This document shows positions 1 through 12,539 of a stretch of 64,000 bases of DNA, one piece after another. The stretch comes from Oopsacas minuta (lineage: Eukaryota; Animalia; Porifera). The stretch lies in the NCBI GenBank assembly GCA_024704765.1, contig JAKMXF010000363.1:102706-166705 (forward strand), in the 5' to 3' direction. The position numbers and the translations under genes were made by a program. The notes beneath the pieces were generated by a model that made no database searches, was not told where the DNA came from, and worked only from the letters and a program-made list of their open reading frames with translations. Each line of letters opens with the position of its first letter. Position 1 is the first letter of the stretch.

Positions 1-1330
1 TGGACAAAGACTGTAATTCTGAGATGTAGTGGGTGTTGTGATGGAAGCTGGTGGAAGGTAATGCTCTGTGCGGGAAGTTGAGCAAGTGGGAGCTCGACGC
101 GGCACAGGTGGGGGCAGAAGATAAGGAAGTGTCTGAGTGGCGAGATCGGTGCGGTCTGTATATATTGAATGGGTCGGGTTTGCGAATTTTCTGATACCTA
201 AATACATACCACGATCATTAGAAGCATTAAAACATACAAAACAAGTAACCTATGACGAATAAAGTATGATGAGAAATATACGATATGATACCTTAGATAT
301 GCAAAGAGCGAATAATATTCCTAAAATTGCACATATTGAGCCAATGATCAGAATTACTACATAAAGTATATTATGACTACATACATAAAAATATGTTAAT
401 AGGCTAAAGCTTTTCGGAAATAAAGAGATTCAGTGAAACACATACAAATGTTGAGGTAAATAAGCAAATCTGTCATCTAAATGCAAGAACAAGGTGACAA
501 TAATACAGATAATCGTAACCAAGCTAATGAAGATCGAATATATTAACAAAGAGGATATATAGGTCTATGATCAACAAACAACTCAACAAAAATACCCCAA
601 TTGGCATACCCAATATTCAAAATATTGGAAGTCATAAATATTAATCTGATGAGCTTTCGATTCATAATGTGCAAGAAATTTGTGTATGCTTGTCTAGATA
701 AGTAAATAACATTTATTTAGCTATATAAATAAATACAATCAAGATTTCACAAATAAGCGAACATTAATCAAATGAACGTACTAGGATCAGTCAAAAGCGA
801 TCAGATAAGAAAATCAGGGCAATTGAGGTAATGAATAACTAGTGAATTGGGACTAAGAAGCATGTCGATATTATATAACGTACAAATATGACTGAGGACT
901 TCGACAGTATGTAGGTCATGGACAAAATGAGATCATCAATTTTGTCCAAGCTCCTAGACAAAATTGAGAGCTGGACAAGAAAGAATAACTGTTATTAATT
1001 TCAATATACATTTCACTGTGAGTTACAAATAATGGATACTGTATAGTAGTTCAATTACTACATGAGTATCAAGTGCATTTAATACCATATTCTAGAGCAA
1101 AAATATTCGTTGGCCTATTTCCTGTAAGTACATTCAGAAAAAGGTCCATAAACTATTGATCCAATAAGATACAAAATTCTTATAACAAGTGATATGACTA
1201 GGGATTAATGCTTCGACTAAAAATATGACAATTGTATAACATTTCAATGTATTAGATGTTATCGAAATGTGAAAAGTTTAAATTTCACTCGAGATGAATA
1301 TATTGGTCATATAGTCTTCGTATCTATCTA

Positions 1331-2670
1331 CAGGGTGTATCAAAAGTGCTGTCGTACAATTAACATTTATCTGATGTTCACAATATTCGAAACCCATTCC
1401 TCACTCTAATCATTTCGTTATCATTCCGATAGTTGAATATGTTTTGTATATTTATCTGTACAAATCATTATATATTCTCACATTTTGATATTTTTTTCCA
1501 AGTTTTACATTTTTGTGCATCTTTCGCATAATGGATGTCAACGACCATGGTATTGAACTTGGAAATAAAGCCATTCAGATTCTAAAGGCTAGTTTGACTC
1601 TTAAAAAAGTGTCAGAAGCTCAAGATATTTCAATTAGATCAGTCTAAAGTTGGTCCCGGCGGGAAAACTTGGACAATCCTTGGGTACTTTACCCAGGTGC
1701 GGACGCCCAAAGATCCTTTCTCGCATTCCAAAAATCATCATATCCAAGACTTTGTGCAAGAGAGGAAAATCTACACGATCAATAGCACGTACATTGGTCA
1801 ATTCTGGTTTTCCGCTTCACATTCAACAGTCCATCGCGATTTGAGGCATTCCATCAGTGTTTATCGTTACAAAAGGCCGCGAATCCCTCGTCCACCAATA
1901 AAATGATGCAAGATCGACTACTCTTCGCCCTCAAACACAAGAATTGGACTGTAAACAGATTGGGAGAAGGTTTCATGGCCCGATGAAACACTTTTTCAAC
2001 AATTTATACCACCAAACTGGCAGAACGACCGAGTGTGGTCACATAGTTCGGCCGATGTTCAGCCATTCAAATGTGTTAAATTCCCGACGAAAATCCAAGT
2101 TTGGGGATGATGTCTCATCAGCACTCTCAGAACTCCATATAATCCCTCAGAAACAGAATGTTAAGGGAGAGTATTAACGAGAAATAATATTGAAAGGAAC
2201 TTGCATGGATGCGATAAGAAGAACATCAAATTCTAGCACTATTTTGGAACTGTCTATGACTAAAAAGATGTCCCAGGCGATTTTTGTGCAAGATGGCGTT
2301 CCAGCCCACACCACCAAGCTCACTCAGACTTGGTGTTCAGAACACCTGCCTAACTACTAGGCGAAGGTTGACTGGCCAAGCAACTCCCCGGATTTGAATC
2401 TGATCGAAATTAATGATCTATCCTTGCAGACAAGCTCAGTAAACTCTTTGAAGTTAGCACCATAAATTCCCTCGTAATTCATTTGAAAAAGGTGTGGTCA
2501 GGGATTGACTGTGTGATTCCTCCAAATTTGACAAATGGTATGCCTAATCGCATTAGCGAAGTTATAAATTGGTCAGAACATTATATTGGTAAATAGAGCA
2601 TAAGTTTATATTGTGTATTGAATATGTTATAGTCAAATATTTAATACGACAGCACTTTTGATGCACCCTG
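1331..2670 (+). mobile_element. Decayed Tc1-like DNA transposon, DD37E spacing (TRT/ITmD37E-like)
   Basis: TIRs cagggtgtatcaaaagtgctgtcgta / tacgacagcacttttgatgcaccctg with TA on both flanks. The frameshifted transposase has QDGVPAH...WPSNSPDLNLIE, with 37 residues between D and E by manual count. Confidence 0.9.
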
Positions 2671-2949
2671 TAGTACTACGGAGTATTACAAATATCAATT
2701 GACTGATGAAAAATACGTACACTTGTACATGAACTAAAATAGTAGATAATACAGAATACTTAAGGAACAACATTCATTATGACTACTGTCCGTATAGAGG
2801 TTAAACATTGGAACGAACGGGGATCATAAACAAGTAATAAATTATATGTGGCCATATGTTAAATTACTCCAGACACTTTTAGCCAATATAGATTAGGATT
2901 AATAGTATTCAATCATTCAAACAAAAATAATTTTTGCTAGCTCAGAATA

Positions 2950-3857
2950 CACAGTCAAGGGACAAAAGTATTCGACCACACAAATATATTGTCATAAATG
3001 GTATACTCTTTCCCGCTCCCATATATTGTGTAGTCTATATTCTTAGCTGCAATCTAGTAATTTGCATAGAATAACATATAGTTTACAAGAATTTCAAAAA
3101 ATATTTCGAATTACACTTTTTGAAGGTGTTAATAATAATAATTATTATATAATTAGTGATAATCAAAGTATGTGGTAATTCAAAACCATTTAAGAATCTA
3201 TAATTTCTGACTTGATATTATGAACTCTACGTAGGCGACTTACCCCAGATAAAAATTTTCAATGGGATTTAACAATTTTTGCCGAAGTTATAGAAGAATT
3301 TCAATTTGTGCCGTTTGTGCCACCTTTTGCCCAAGGTGGCACAAGTGGCCGCTACCAAGAGGATATTTTGTAATTCAAGGGTTAGCATAATCGTATCATT
3401 CGAAAATATAACTTTGATTTATTCCACCTAACCCTAGTTGATTTCCTTTTAGTGGTGCTTTTCCTGCCACATGTGCCACTTTTTGCAAAAAGTGGCACAA
3501 GTGGCACAAATTGAAATTCTTCTATAACTTTGGTAAAAATTGTTCAATCCCATTGGAAATTTTAATCTGGGATAACTCGCCTACGTAGAATTCAAATATC
3601 AAGTCATAAATTATAGATTCCTAATAGATTTTGAATTACCACATATTTTGATTATCCATAATTATCTAATAATTAACACCTTCAAAAATTATAAATCGAA
3701 AGTATTTTTTTGAAATTCTTGAAAAACATACGTTAATCTATGTAAATTACTAGGTTTCAGCTACGAATATAGACTACACAATATATAGGAGCGGGAAAGA
3801 GCATACAATTTATGACAATATATTTGTGTGATCGAATACTTTTGTCCCTTGACAGTA
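2950..3857. mobile_element. Non-autonomous foldback MITE (Tc1-type ends, ~400-bp inverted arms)
   Basis: Ends cacagtcaagggacaaaagtattcga / tcgaatacttttgtcccttgacag with TA flanks. The arms remain alignable almost to the centre. No ORF. Confidence 0.85.
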
Positions 3858-4119
3858 TATAAATTTGTTGCCCAGAAATAGACTTTTAGATGCTTTCCAG
3901 CTAATTAGTTATATTAGAAATATGGGGAAGCATACCTATTTACATAAGATGTGTCATATATCAGATTTGGTCGTAATTGTACAACGAATTCGCATGTAAA
4001 ACTAGAATTTTGGGTAACTAAAATCCGATGCAAATCTTGTAATATTTCTTATATATTTAAAACCTTAAGATTAAAAAGTACATATCCAAAACAGAAAATG
4101 ATATGGACATCAGGGAATG

Positions 4120-4470
4120 AAAAGTTTACAACCGAACTTATTGAATTTGAACTGAACGAACTTGGTGAATAATAATTTACTACACAATAGAGAATTCCAT
4201 ACTTCAGTTCCATGAAACTCACTCAACTCAGTGCCATATATGTATTTCCGAACCTAATTAAATAACAGCTTAGATGGATTATCCAACAATCTTAAACGGG
4301 ATGAACCAACCCACTCATCGAACGAAATGAACGAACATTAATGAAATAGGAGTTAGAATGTAACGTGAACGAACTGATCGTGTGTCAATTTGAGTTGAAC
4401 TGAATTGGGCTTATTCAATCCGTTCGTGAACCCTTCATTCTCCGAACTGGACATTCGATTTATTTACGCC
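4120..4470. repeat. Cluster of GAAC/TGAAC motifs ending in gccatccta; possible hAT subterminal region
   Basis: Dense gaactgaac/atgaacgaac motifs. The end reads taggatggcg on the minus strand. No partner end found. Confidence 0.3.
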
Positions 4471-4479
4471 ATCCTACTA

Positions 4480-5240
4480 TGCATACAATAACTCACTGAC
4501 TCACTGGTTAAGTTACTTTTACACATCTTTGAGTCAGACGTGGAGCATATTCTTGAAGTCTCCATTAACACTCTATTGGTCCTGTGGCTGGCTCGGCTTC
4601 CAGTGCACGATGACTGTACTTGTCCAGAGCCACTTAATCCTAGCACTAGTGTCATGTTGGACAACTCAGCCACGTCATCTGTTTGTAGGAGAGGGCGGAT
4701 CGTGCTCTAAGATATTCAAAGGAAGTCTGCTACCTCGGGCGTTGTCTTGGTTTGAGTGCTCGTGCGAACTGAAACAGTCCTGACAGTTGAGGATGTACAT
4801 GTACCCTTCAACTGGTACCATCTGTAAATCCACCAGGTCGCTTACCTGCGTTACCCAATAGTGTCTGGGATGATTGTCTTGTGTATAACCTTGTGTGTGC
4901 TCTTCCTTCTTCTTGTTTCCTGGCACGTCTGACAGAGATCTAAAATACCTGTTTCACAGGGTGGGGGACATGAGTGCCATGCTCTTTCAAGTATTTCTCC
5001 ATCTTCTACCGTCTACCATGACTGATCTCGCTGTGTACATCTACTAACACATCTCACTGTTCCTCAATAGCGACTAACGCAGAGGGGGGTGTTGCTGTCT
5101 CCCGGTAGTAGAGCGGGCTCACATCTCCAACCTTCTGTCGCGAAATTTCTTCCTGTTACAATTTGATCGTCTGTCTCACTTTTCCTGAAACAATACTCTC
5201 GTTTATCTCACCAATACATCTCTCTCCCCAACAGCTGCTT
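4480..5240 (-). pseudogene. Decayed Ginger2/KRBA2-like integrase (HHCC zinc module plus rve core)
   Basis: Across frameshifts it reads H..ISHGRR.KMEKYLKE...LCQTCQE...DLVDLQMVPVEGYMYILNCQD...ALKPKTTPEVADFL...LQTDD...VHWKPSQPQDQ. Confidence 0.7.
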
Positions 5241-5421
5241 AAAACATGATAATTTTTAAACAGATTCTATAACATTGTCCAGATCGAACAACAATTAGAT
5301 TTGAATTCTAAGAATAAATGTTTCAAGTTTTGGAAACATAGGCATAGGCAAAAGTATGCATATTTTCAATCTGAAGACACCACAACTACTATTCATTATT
5401 AGTAACCCATAGTGTAATATA

Positions 5422-6730
5422 CAGGGTAGTCAATAAGTTCTGGCACATAGAAAAACTATAACAATTTAACCAATATTCATTATATTGAGTTGATATTTAG
5501 CATAAGTAGTTAGGCACTATGAGTTTTATTGTGCACAATCTCTATTCTATGTATCCGCCTTTCTTTTTGATAACAGTCTTCAGACGCCCGGGGACTGCCC
5601 AAACTGCGGCACGTAGCATCTCCTGTGGGATTTTTGCACATTCTATCGTCAGAGATTGCTTTAGAGACCCAATACTAATATGGGACTTCGAGCAAGCACT
5701 TGACTCTAAAATGGACCACACTGAGAAATCTAGAGGGTTTAGGTCTGGGATAGACGGTAGCCATTCTACCTTTGTGATAAAGTCAAGAATATTGTCTCAA
5801 GCCAATCCTGAGTATTGTTTGCTGTATGGGCAGGAGCACCGTCTTGTTGGAGTATGAACGGCTGGTTTTCAAACATCATCTCACCAAGATCTTTCACAAT
5901 GGGCTGTAAAATGAGCTCTTTAAGAGTTGCAACATATATCTTGACCCCTGCAGGGACGAAAACCAGTGATGTCCGGCCAACAGAAGATACTCCGGCCCAA
6001 ACCATCAACGAGAGTGGTTTCTGGATTCATTTGACGTATCTGTACTCATCAGGGATAATAGAAGTGCTTTTAGTTAATATTCTATCATTTTGACGATTGA
6101 ATGCTTGTTCAACGGTGACAGGTTTTTCATCGGAGAAAAGGACTTGATCCAGTCCCTGGGCTGCGAATCGTGTATGGAGGACTTTACTTCTTGAGAGCCT
6201 CTTTGTCTTTATTTTGTCTGAAAGGAAATGGACTTTCCTTTTTTTAAACGAAGATAGCCCTAAGTCTCTCTTGACAATCGTTTGAAGAGATCCACGGGAT
6301 ATTTTCAGTTCCTTGGCCATTTTTCTGATCGATCGCTGAGGATTTCGCAACACTCGATTCCGCACTACCTTTCGCAACTTTACGGTCGTGATGGAGACCG
6401 GGAGACCAGTTGTGGCTCTGTCCATCATGCCGCCAGCCTCATTGAAGCGTTTTATCGTACGGATTACGAAATTCCGACGTGTCTGTGGAATTTTTAAAAG
6501 TTTCACTATTTCCTTTTGTTTTTCCCTTTTTGAAATAATTCAACAATCGCCGACAGTTCTTTCTCCATAGCTGATAATTTGTTCCTGGTTTTCAAATAGT
6601 GTATTTTTCAATGAATATTGTATTGTGAGAGATAACAGAATAAATACAAACCAGCAACATCAATCAATCTTAATCATGAAAGACTTTGGTACGATATAAA
6701 GTTATGTGCCAGAACTTATTGGCCACCCTG
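5422..6730 (-). mobile_element. Decayed maT-type (DD37D) Tc1/mariner transposon
   Basis: TIRs cagggtagtcaataagttctggcacata / tatgtgccagaacttattggccaccctg with TA flanks. ORF pieces 6027-6506 (FSDEK) and 5766-6008 (QQDGAPAH), then PDLNPLDF; 37-residue D-D spacing after one frameshift. Confidence 0.9.
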
Positions 6731-7249
6731 TATATGAAAATTGATAACACTCACTCACTTTTCCAGCTCTCAATTTTGTCCACAACATGTAAACAACTTA
6801 ACCAGAGGAATGCTAGCACACAGGACTCAAGAATGCAAGGCGCATGAACATGGCATAAGACAGTGGTTCTTAAACTCGCAATCAATAATAAAGAACGTAT
6901 TATACTATAAACCTCTCTTTCTGTGAGCGAAAATTCTTGCATTTTCTAGAATGTGCCCAGGAATATTCAGTCATCTAATGATATCTCAAATACCGCATGT
7001 ATTATACAAAATGTAACAATTTTCAAAATAATCCCAGAAACATGGTTTCAACAATGATTATTAGGGAATTGGATGCGCTAGTTCCAAATATCACATTGTC
7101 AACAGGATGTGATAAATATTTGTTGTTATTTGTGGCTAAACAGTAAACGAATGTCAAAATTCTTCCAGAAACAAGGTTTGAACGATCGTATATGGGTAAT
7201 CGGCTACGCTGATTCCGAATATGATAATATAAACGATGTGTGAATACTA

Positions 7250-8338
7250 CAAGGGTGTTCAATAAGTAATAAGACTAATGCATCGAATTTATATTCTAGT
7301 TAATACAGCTCTAAGCCTAATATCAGATTACAAGGCTAACTTGATTGTCTAACTTCGATACAATATATTCTTTACTCTACTAGCATATTCTTCAGCATAA
7401 AGTGTCATACTTCCTCAAAAACCCGCAGTAATATCGAGAGGGTCCAAACAATTTTGGACGAGGACAGACAAATAACCCAGCCAGAGTTAGAAGAGAAGGT
7501 AGGTATATCAAAAGCCACACTGCACTCGATTATCAATGAAGATCAGGAAATGTCGAAGGTAACTGCGCGTTGGGTTACAAAACTTCTTTCCAAAGGAACA
7601 AAAATGCAAAAGGGTCAGAGTTAGCAAAGAATTACTTCAAGATACAAGGAACAGAAAGACTTTTTGGATCGTATAGTAACCGGGGATTAAACTTGATTTC
7701 ATTATGGTGAACCAGAGAGCAAAACTTAATCGAAGCAGTGGAAGAGACGTGATGAACCTGTACCCATCAAGGTAAAGGCCGCACAATAAGCAGGGAAGAC
7801 AATGGCAACAGTATTTTGGGATAGGGAAGGAATTATACACCCCCACTGGTTGCCTGAGAAGACAACCATAAATAGTGACTATTACGTTGACGAATTGAAA
7901 GAATTGCGTCAAGCGATTAAACGTGAGAGGTGAGGCAAGTTGACACGTGGTGTATTGCTGTAACATGACAACGCAAGGCCCCATGTAAGCTCCAAGACAA
8001 TGGCAACAATTGACGACTTAGGATTCGAATGCCTCCCTTATCCCCCGTATAGTCCAGTCCTGACTCCCAGCGACTGCTGGCTGTTTGGAAAGATGAAGAG
8101 ACCTCTTCGAGCGAAGAGATTTGAGGATTTCAAACTGCTGGAGTATGAAATAAAACATTGGGAAAAGGGACCCCTAAAGAACTCTATACCACTGGGCTGG
8201 AAAAGTCACCAGAACGATGGAAACGATGTGTAAAGTTAAAGGGGGAATTTATCGTAACTTTTGATAATCAATTATAATAAGTATAGGTTTACTATATGAA
8301 TTATGAAAAAATTCTAATTATTTATTGAACAATCCTTG
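7250..8338 (+). mobile_element. Decayed, internally deleted mariner (DD34D)
   Basis: TIRs caagggtgttcaataagtaat / attatttattgaacaatccttg with TA flanks. Motifs WV..L, HDNARPH, YPPYSPVLTPSDCWLF; contains stops and frameshifts. Confidence 0.88.
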
Positions 8339-8850
8339 TATTTGTAGATATTTTCAGCTATATAGTGAATGATCTTCCAAATTTCGAATATTAGCTGTAA
8401 TTTCCCCCTTAAGTGGCCCGAAAGTCGGAGTATCCATAATCAGCGCAGCGCGAGCAAGCAAAACTCGTTTGTGGAACGTAATATCTCGCCAATATTATTC
8501 TATATCATGTTCAATATAGTTATAAATAAATAAATATAGTGCACAACATGCTTTAACGCTTTCCTATAAGATTGAACTAGTCAAAATATTAGCTGTTAGT
8601 AACTAGAACATAGTATCACTCGACTTTGAAGAAATATTTGTCTAAATCAATAAAAATTAACTATGAGAAATTTAACCCAGTTAAGAATACTTGGTATGAG
8701 ACAACAATTATCGAACATCAGTATGTGATTTGTCATTAATAGAAATACTTTGCGATTAGTAGTAAGACAGAAAAGTCTTGCTCCTCTTCACATTTACTTT
8801 TCATAAATCATACAGTAAAAGTTCAGCATGGTTACAATGGAATTCATATA

Positions 8851-10212
8851 CAGGGTGGGCCACAGGAGTCTGATCAAAAGTAAATTGCTCTCATTTGAAA
8901 ACGAAACAATAAAACTTAATTCTGTAAAAAGATTTTTAAAATATAGATAAATAGTTTTGTGAATACATCATCCTTTCTTCTTCAGCCATTAATCAGGTGC
9001 TCGATCCATGCCCCTTTCCTACCCAGCACTCTTTGTAATCTGACAAGCACGTTATCGTACACTTTAGCCAGAGTTTCTCCATTAATCTTCATGATTTCTC
9101 TTCTGATGTTCATCTTGAGGTCCTCTAGTGTCTTAGGAACAGGATCCCTGTACACAACTGACTTCAGGTAGCCCCACAGGTAAAAATCGCAAGGATTAAG
9201 GTCCGGGGAATATGGGGGCCAGAAGTTGTCAAATCCACGACCAATCACCCTGTCACCGAACTTCTCTTGTAGCCAGCTCCTAACTAAATTGGCATAGTGT
9301 GGGGGTGCTCCATCCTGATGGAAAGTAATGGTATTCAGTTCACCATGTTTCCTAATGTTGGGAAGGTAAAATCCTTTCAGCATTACCAGGTATCTCCACC
9401 GGTTCACCGTACAGGTCTTACCATCCTCATCTTCAAAAAAGTACGGGCATATGATCCGGTCATGGGCAACTGCACACCAGACAACCAACTTTTCAGTCCT
9501 CAAGGGTCTCTGGGCAATAGGTTCTGGCTTCTCCAATGCCCAGAACCTCATGTTCTGCTTGTTAACATGTCCTGAAAGATGAAAGTTTGCCTCGTCAGAC
9601 CAATGAACTTCAGTGATCTTCAAAAGTTCTTCCTCAATCTTCTTGGAAATGTACGTGGCAAATTGGATCCTCTTCTTCTGATTTGATTCACTTTGCTTTT
9701 GCTGCATCTGTATTTTGTAAGGAAAGGCTCCAATGTCATCATTGAGGATCCTCCTCACTGAGCTCCTACTGATTGCAGTCTCTGCAGATAGCCTTCTTGT
9801 TGCGCGATGGGGTGAATCTGCCAGTTTCTTCTTAATTTTTTGAATGTTTTCAGGGGTTCTAACAGTCTTCTTGGGTCTCTTTCGTTTTCTATTGCCTACC
9901 GTACCACCCTCCTCCATCCTCTTGACAATATTCATGATTGTGTTCCTTACAGGAGCCTTCAATGTCTTGTAATGCACCTTGAAAGCTCGTTGGGCCGAAA
10001 CAACACTTCTCCCGTTTTCAATATACCAGTAGAGTAACTTCACTTTCACATCCTGCTGGAGCGACATTACATAAACCTAGGGGTAGTTTGGTTAGTATTT
10101 TTTAAAAACTATTTATCTCAGCTTTAAAATGAATGGTGAACTACTGAAGTCTGACAAAAATTGCACGTGCTAGAGCAATTTACTTTTGATCAGTCTTCCG
10201 TGGCCCACCCTG
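8851..10212 (-). mobile_element. Full-length Tc1/mariner element, DD41D (rosa/Visitor-type)
   Basis: 41-bp TIRs cagggtgggccac...aaaagtaaattgctct (about 3 differences), TA on both flanks, single intact ORF. Confidence 0.95.
8982..10067 (-). CDS. Intact 361-aa DD41D transposase
   Basis: N-terminal HTH region, WSDEANF, FHQDGAPPH, WPPYSPDLNPCDFYLWG; 41 residues between the second and third D. Confidence 0.95.
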   Translation of the reverse strand: MSLQQDVKVKLLYWYIENGRSVVSAQRAFKVHYKTLKAPVRNTIMNIVKRMEEGGTVGNRKRKRPKKTVRTPENIQKIKKKLADSPHRATRRLSAETAISRSSVRRILNDDIGAFPYKIQMQQKQSESNQKKRIQFATYISKKIEEELLKITEVHWSDEANFHLSGHVNKQNMRFWALEKPEPIAQRPLRTEKLVVWCAVAHDRIICPYFFEDEDGKTCTVNRWRYLVMLKGFYLPNIRKHGELNTITFHQDGAPPHYANLVRSWLQEKFGDRVIGRGFDNFWPPYSPDLNPCDFYLWGYLKSVVYRDPVPKTLEDLKMNIRREIMKINGETLAKVYDNVLVRLQRVLGRKGAWIEHLING

Positions 10213-10467
10213 TATAATGTATTTAACGTTACATAAAAAATATGGAAGTAAGAAAGAGATAACGAGCTGAGAATATATGAGTAAGCATGATGACCAGACA
10301 GATATTCTGATCTGTGTCCAGGCTAGCCCTGTGCTAGAAAAATTCTTCCTTTTTCACTCCACTTCAAACCTATTTGATGTATTTTTGATGCCTTAAAATT
10401 TTGAATCTCTGAGAAGCTAGGTGGATTTAGGTGTAAATTCTGAAATAGTTGCAATCTCAGCCGATGG

Positions 10468-11287
10468 NNNNNNNNNNNNNNNNNNNNNNNNNNNNNNNNN
10501 NNNNNNNNNNNNNNNNNNNNNNNNNNNNNNNNNNNNNNNNNNNNNNNNNNNNNNNNNNNNNNNNNNNNNNNNNNNNNNNNNNNNNNNNNNNNNNNNNNNN
10601 NNNNNNNNNNNNNNNNNNNNNNNNNNNNNNNNNNNNNNNNNNNNNNNNNNNNNNNNNNNNNNNNNNNNNNNNNNNNNNNNNNNNNNNNNNNNNNNNNNNN
10701 NNNNNNNNNNNNNNNNNNNNNNNNNNNNNNNNNNNNNNNNNNNNNNNNNNNNNNNNNNNNNNNNNNNNNNNNNNNNNNNNNNNNNNNNNNNNNNNNNNNN
10801 NNNNNNNNNNNNNNNNNNNNNNNNNNNNNNNNNNNNNNNNNNNNNNNNNNNNNNNNNNNNNNNNNNNNNNNNNNNNNNNNNNNNNNNNNNNNNNNNNNNN
10901 NNNNNNNNNNNNNNNNNNNNNNNNNNNNNNNNNNNNNNNNNNNNNNNNNNNNNNNNNNNNNNNNNNNNNNNNNNNNNNNNNNNNNNNNNNNNNNNNNNNN
11001 NNNNNNNNNNNNNNNNNNNNNNNNNNNNNNNNNNNNNNNNNNNNNNNNNNNNNNNNNNNNNNNNNNNNNNNNNNNNNNNNNNNNNNNNNNNNNNNNNNNN
11101 NNNNNNNNNNNNNNNNNNNNNNNNNNNNNNNNNNNNNNNNNNNNNNNNNNNNNNNNNNNNNNNNNNNNNNNNNNNNNNNNNNNNNNNNNNNNNNNNNNNN
11201 NNNNNNNNNNNNNNNNNNNNNNNNNNNNNNNNNNNNNNNNNNNNNNNNNNNNNNNNNNNNNNNNNNNNNNNNNNNNNNNNNNNNNNN
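10468..11287. other. Assembly gap (N run)
   Basis: 820 N bases; the right edge abuts a tandem repeat. Confidence 1.
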
Positions 11288-11505
11288 CCATTAAATGTCC
11301 CAACATCTGTAGATAAAGGGACAGTTTATATCCATTAAATGTCCCAACATCTGTAGATAATGGGACAATTTTTAACCATTAAATGTCCCAACATCTGTAG
11401 GTAATGGGACAGTTTATATCCATTAAATGTCCCAACATCTGTAGATAAAGGGACAGTTTATATCCATTAAATGTCCCAACATCTGTAGATATTGGGACAT
11501 TTTAT
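11288..11505. repeat. 44-bp tandem repeat with internal palindrome (about 5 units, truncated by the gap)
   Basis: Unit ccattaaatgtcccaacatctgtagataaagggacagtttatat; tgtccc...gggaca forms a hairpin; the array ends in (TA)n. Confidence 0.95.
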
Positions 11506-11980
11506 ATATATATATATATTTAGCATCAATACTTACGTTTTCAATATTTTGTTGTGTGATTCAACAAGTCTGGGACTTTGTGGGTGTTATGCTCTGGTTC
11601 TTCGGGGTTGATATTTATCTTCTTGTGAAATTCTTGAAAATCCTATTATGAAAGTAAATAAGAAAACGATAACAATCTACTACGCACAAGTATTTAGTCT
11701 TGTACAACAATAATTGGAAAGATAAAGCGACTAATAAAGTATATATCCACCCAAAGGTAGTAGGATTAATTCGTAAACTCTTATTTATTCGTATTTCACA
11801 TAAATTAACAACCAATTTCCACACGGTTTCTTAAATATGGCCATCAGGACGCACAATTTCCTACTAGGGTATATATTGAAGCAATGCGTTGACAATTGAC
11901 AATGCAACTTGTTACGTACGTATAACCAATATAGTAAGTTGCATTGTGTATCGGGAATAATTTACTGAGTGTATTTACAA

Positions 11981-12215
11981 TTACTGATCTCGAGTATGTA
12001 AAATATGAGTTACCTTGCTTGAGAATTCTTTTCCCTGGTCATGTTGGAAGATCTTGTGCACGCCGAATGAGAGATAAATTTTCTCTAAACAATCCGATTG
12101 TTCTTTAGAAGTTTTAGTCTTGAGAGGTCGGGAAATGACAAATTTTCTCAGGTAGTACACGATTGCAAGAATGTGCTGAAATCCAAGTACAGTGCGAGAC
12201 ATATTGCATACAAGA
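11981..12215 (-). pseudogene. Integrase (rve) core fragment, Ginger2/KRBA2-like
   Basis: GFQHILAIVYYLRKFVISRPLKTKTSKEQSDCLEKIYLSFGVHKIFQHDQGKEF matches the LRPLK.K.A.EV...FG.P..LQSDNG.EF pattern. Confidence 0.7.
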
Positions 12216-12539
12216 TCATTTCCACAATGACACCATGGTTCTTCAGGAGAAGTTCTCGTTGTTGTTGAGGAGGTAGAGCAGCAGAGGTTTGACAGTCGTG
12301 GTAAGTTCGGATCTAGAACGGGAAATGATTTATTATCAGTTTGTAGTCCAGTCTAATGGAAATTGCTACTTCACAGATGTCGCACTAAATCGACATTCCA
12401 TCCCGCTTTTTCTTCGCTCTGGTTGGCAAATAAGTTTATGTGAAATACTCCCACTACCAATCCCACTAATAACTACTGCAAGGATCATTAGTTGTTAGAT
12501 CCATTGCTGGTTGGTTGTACCCAGTGTTCGCCCTAAGCC

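Noticed and set aside
1-1300. Possible minus-strand exons (Pro-rich at 1-155; hydrophobic at 500-980)
   Set aside because: No sustained frame or recognisable motif.
10323-11338. Three long ORFs in the track
   Set aside because: They consist of X residues from the N gap.
11288-11505. CRISPR-like array of palindromic repeats (also 24130-24345)
   Set aside because: Units are contiguous with no unique spacers, there are no cas genes, and the context is eukaryotic.
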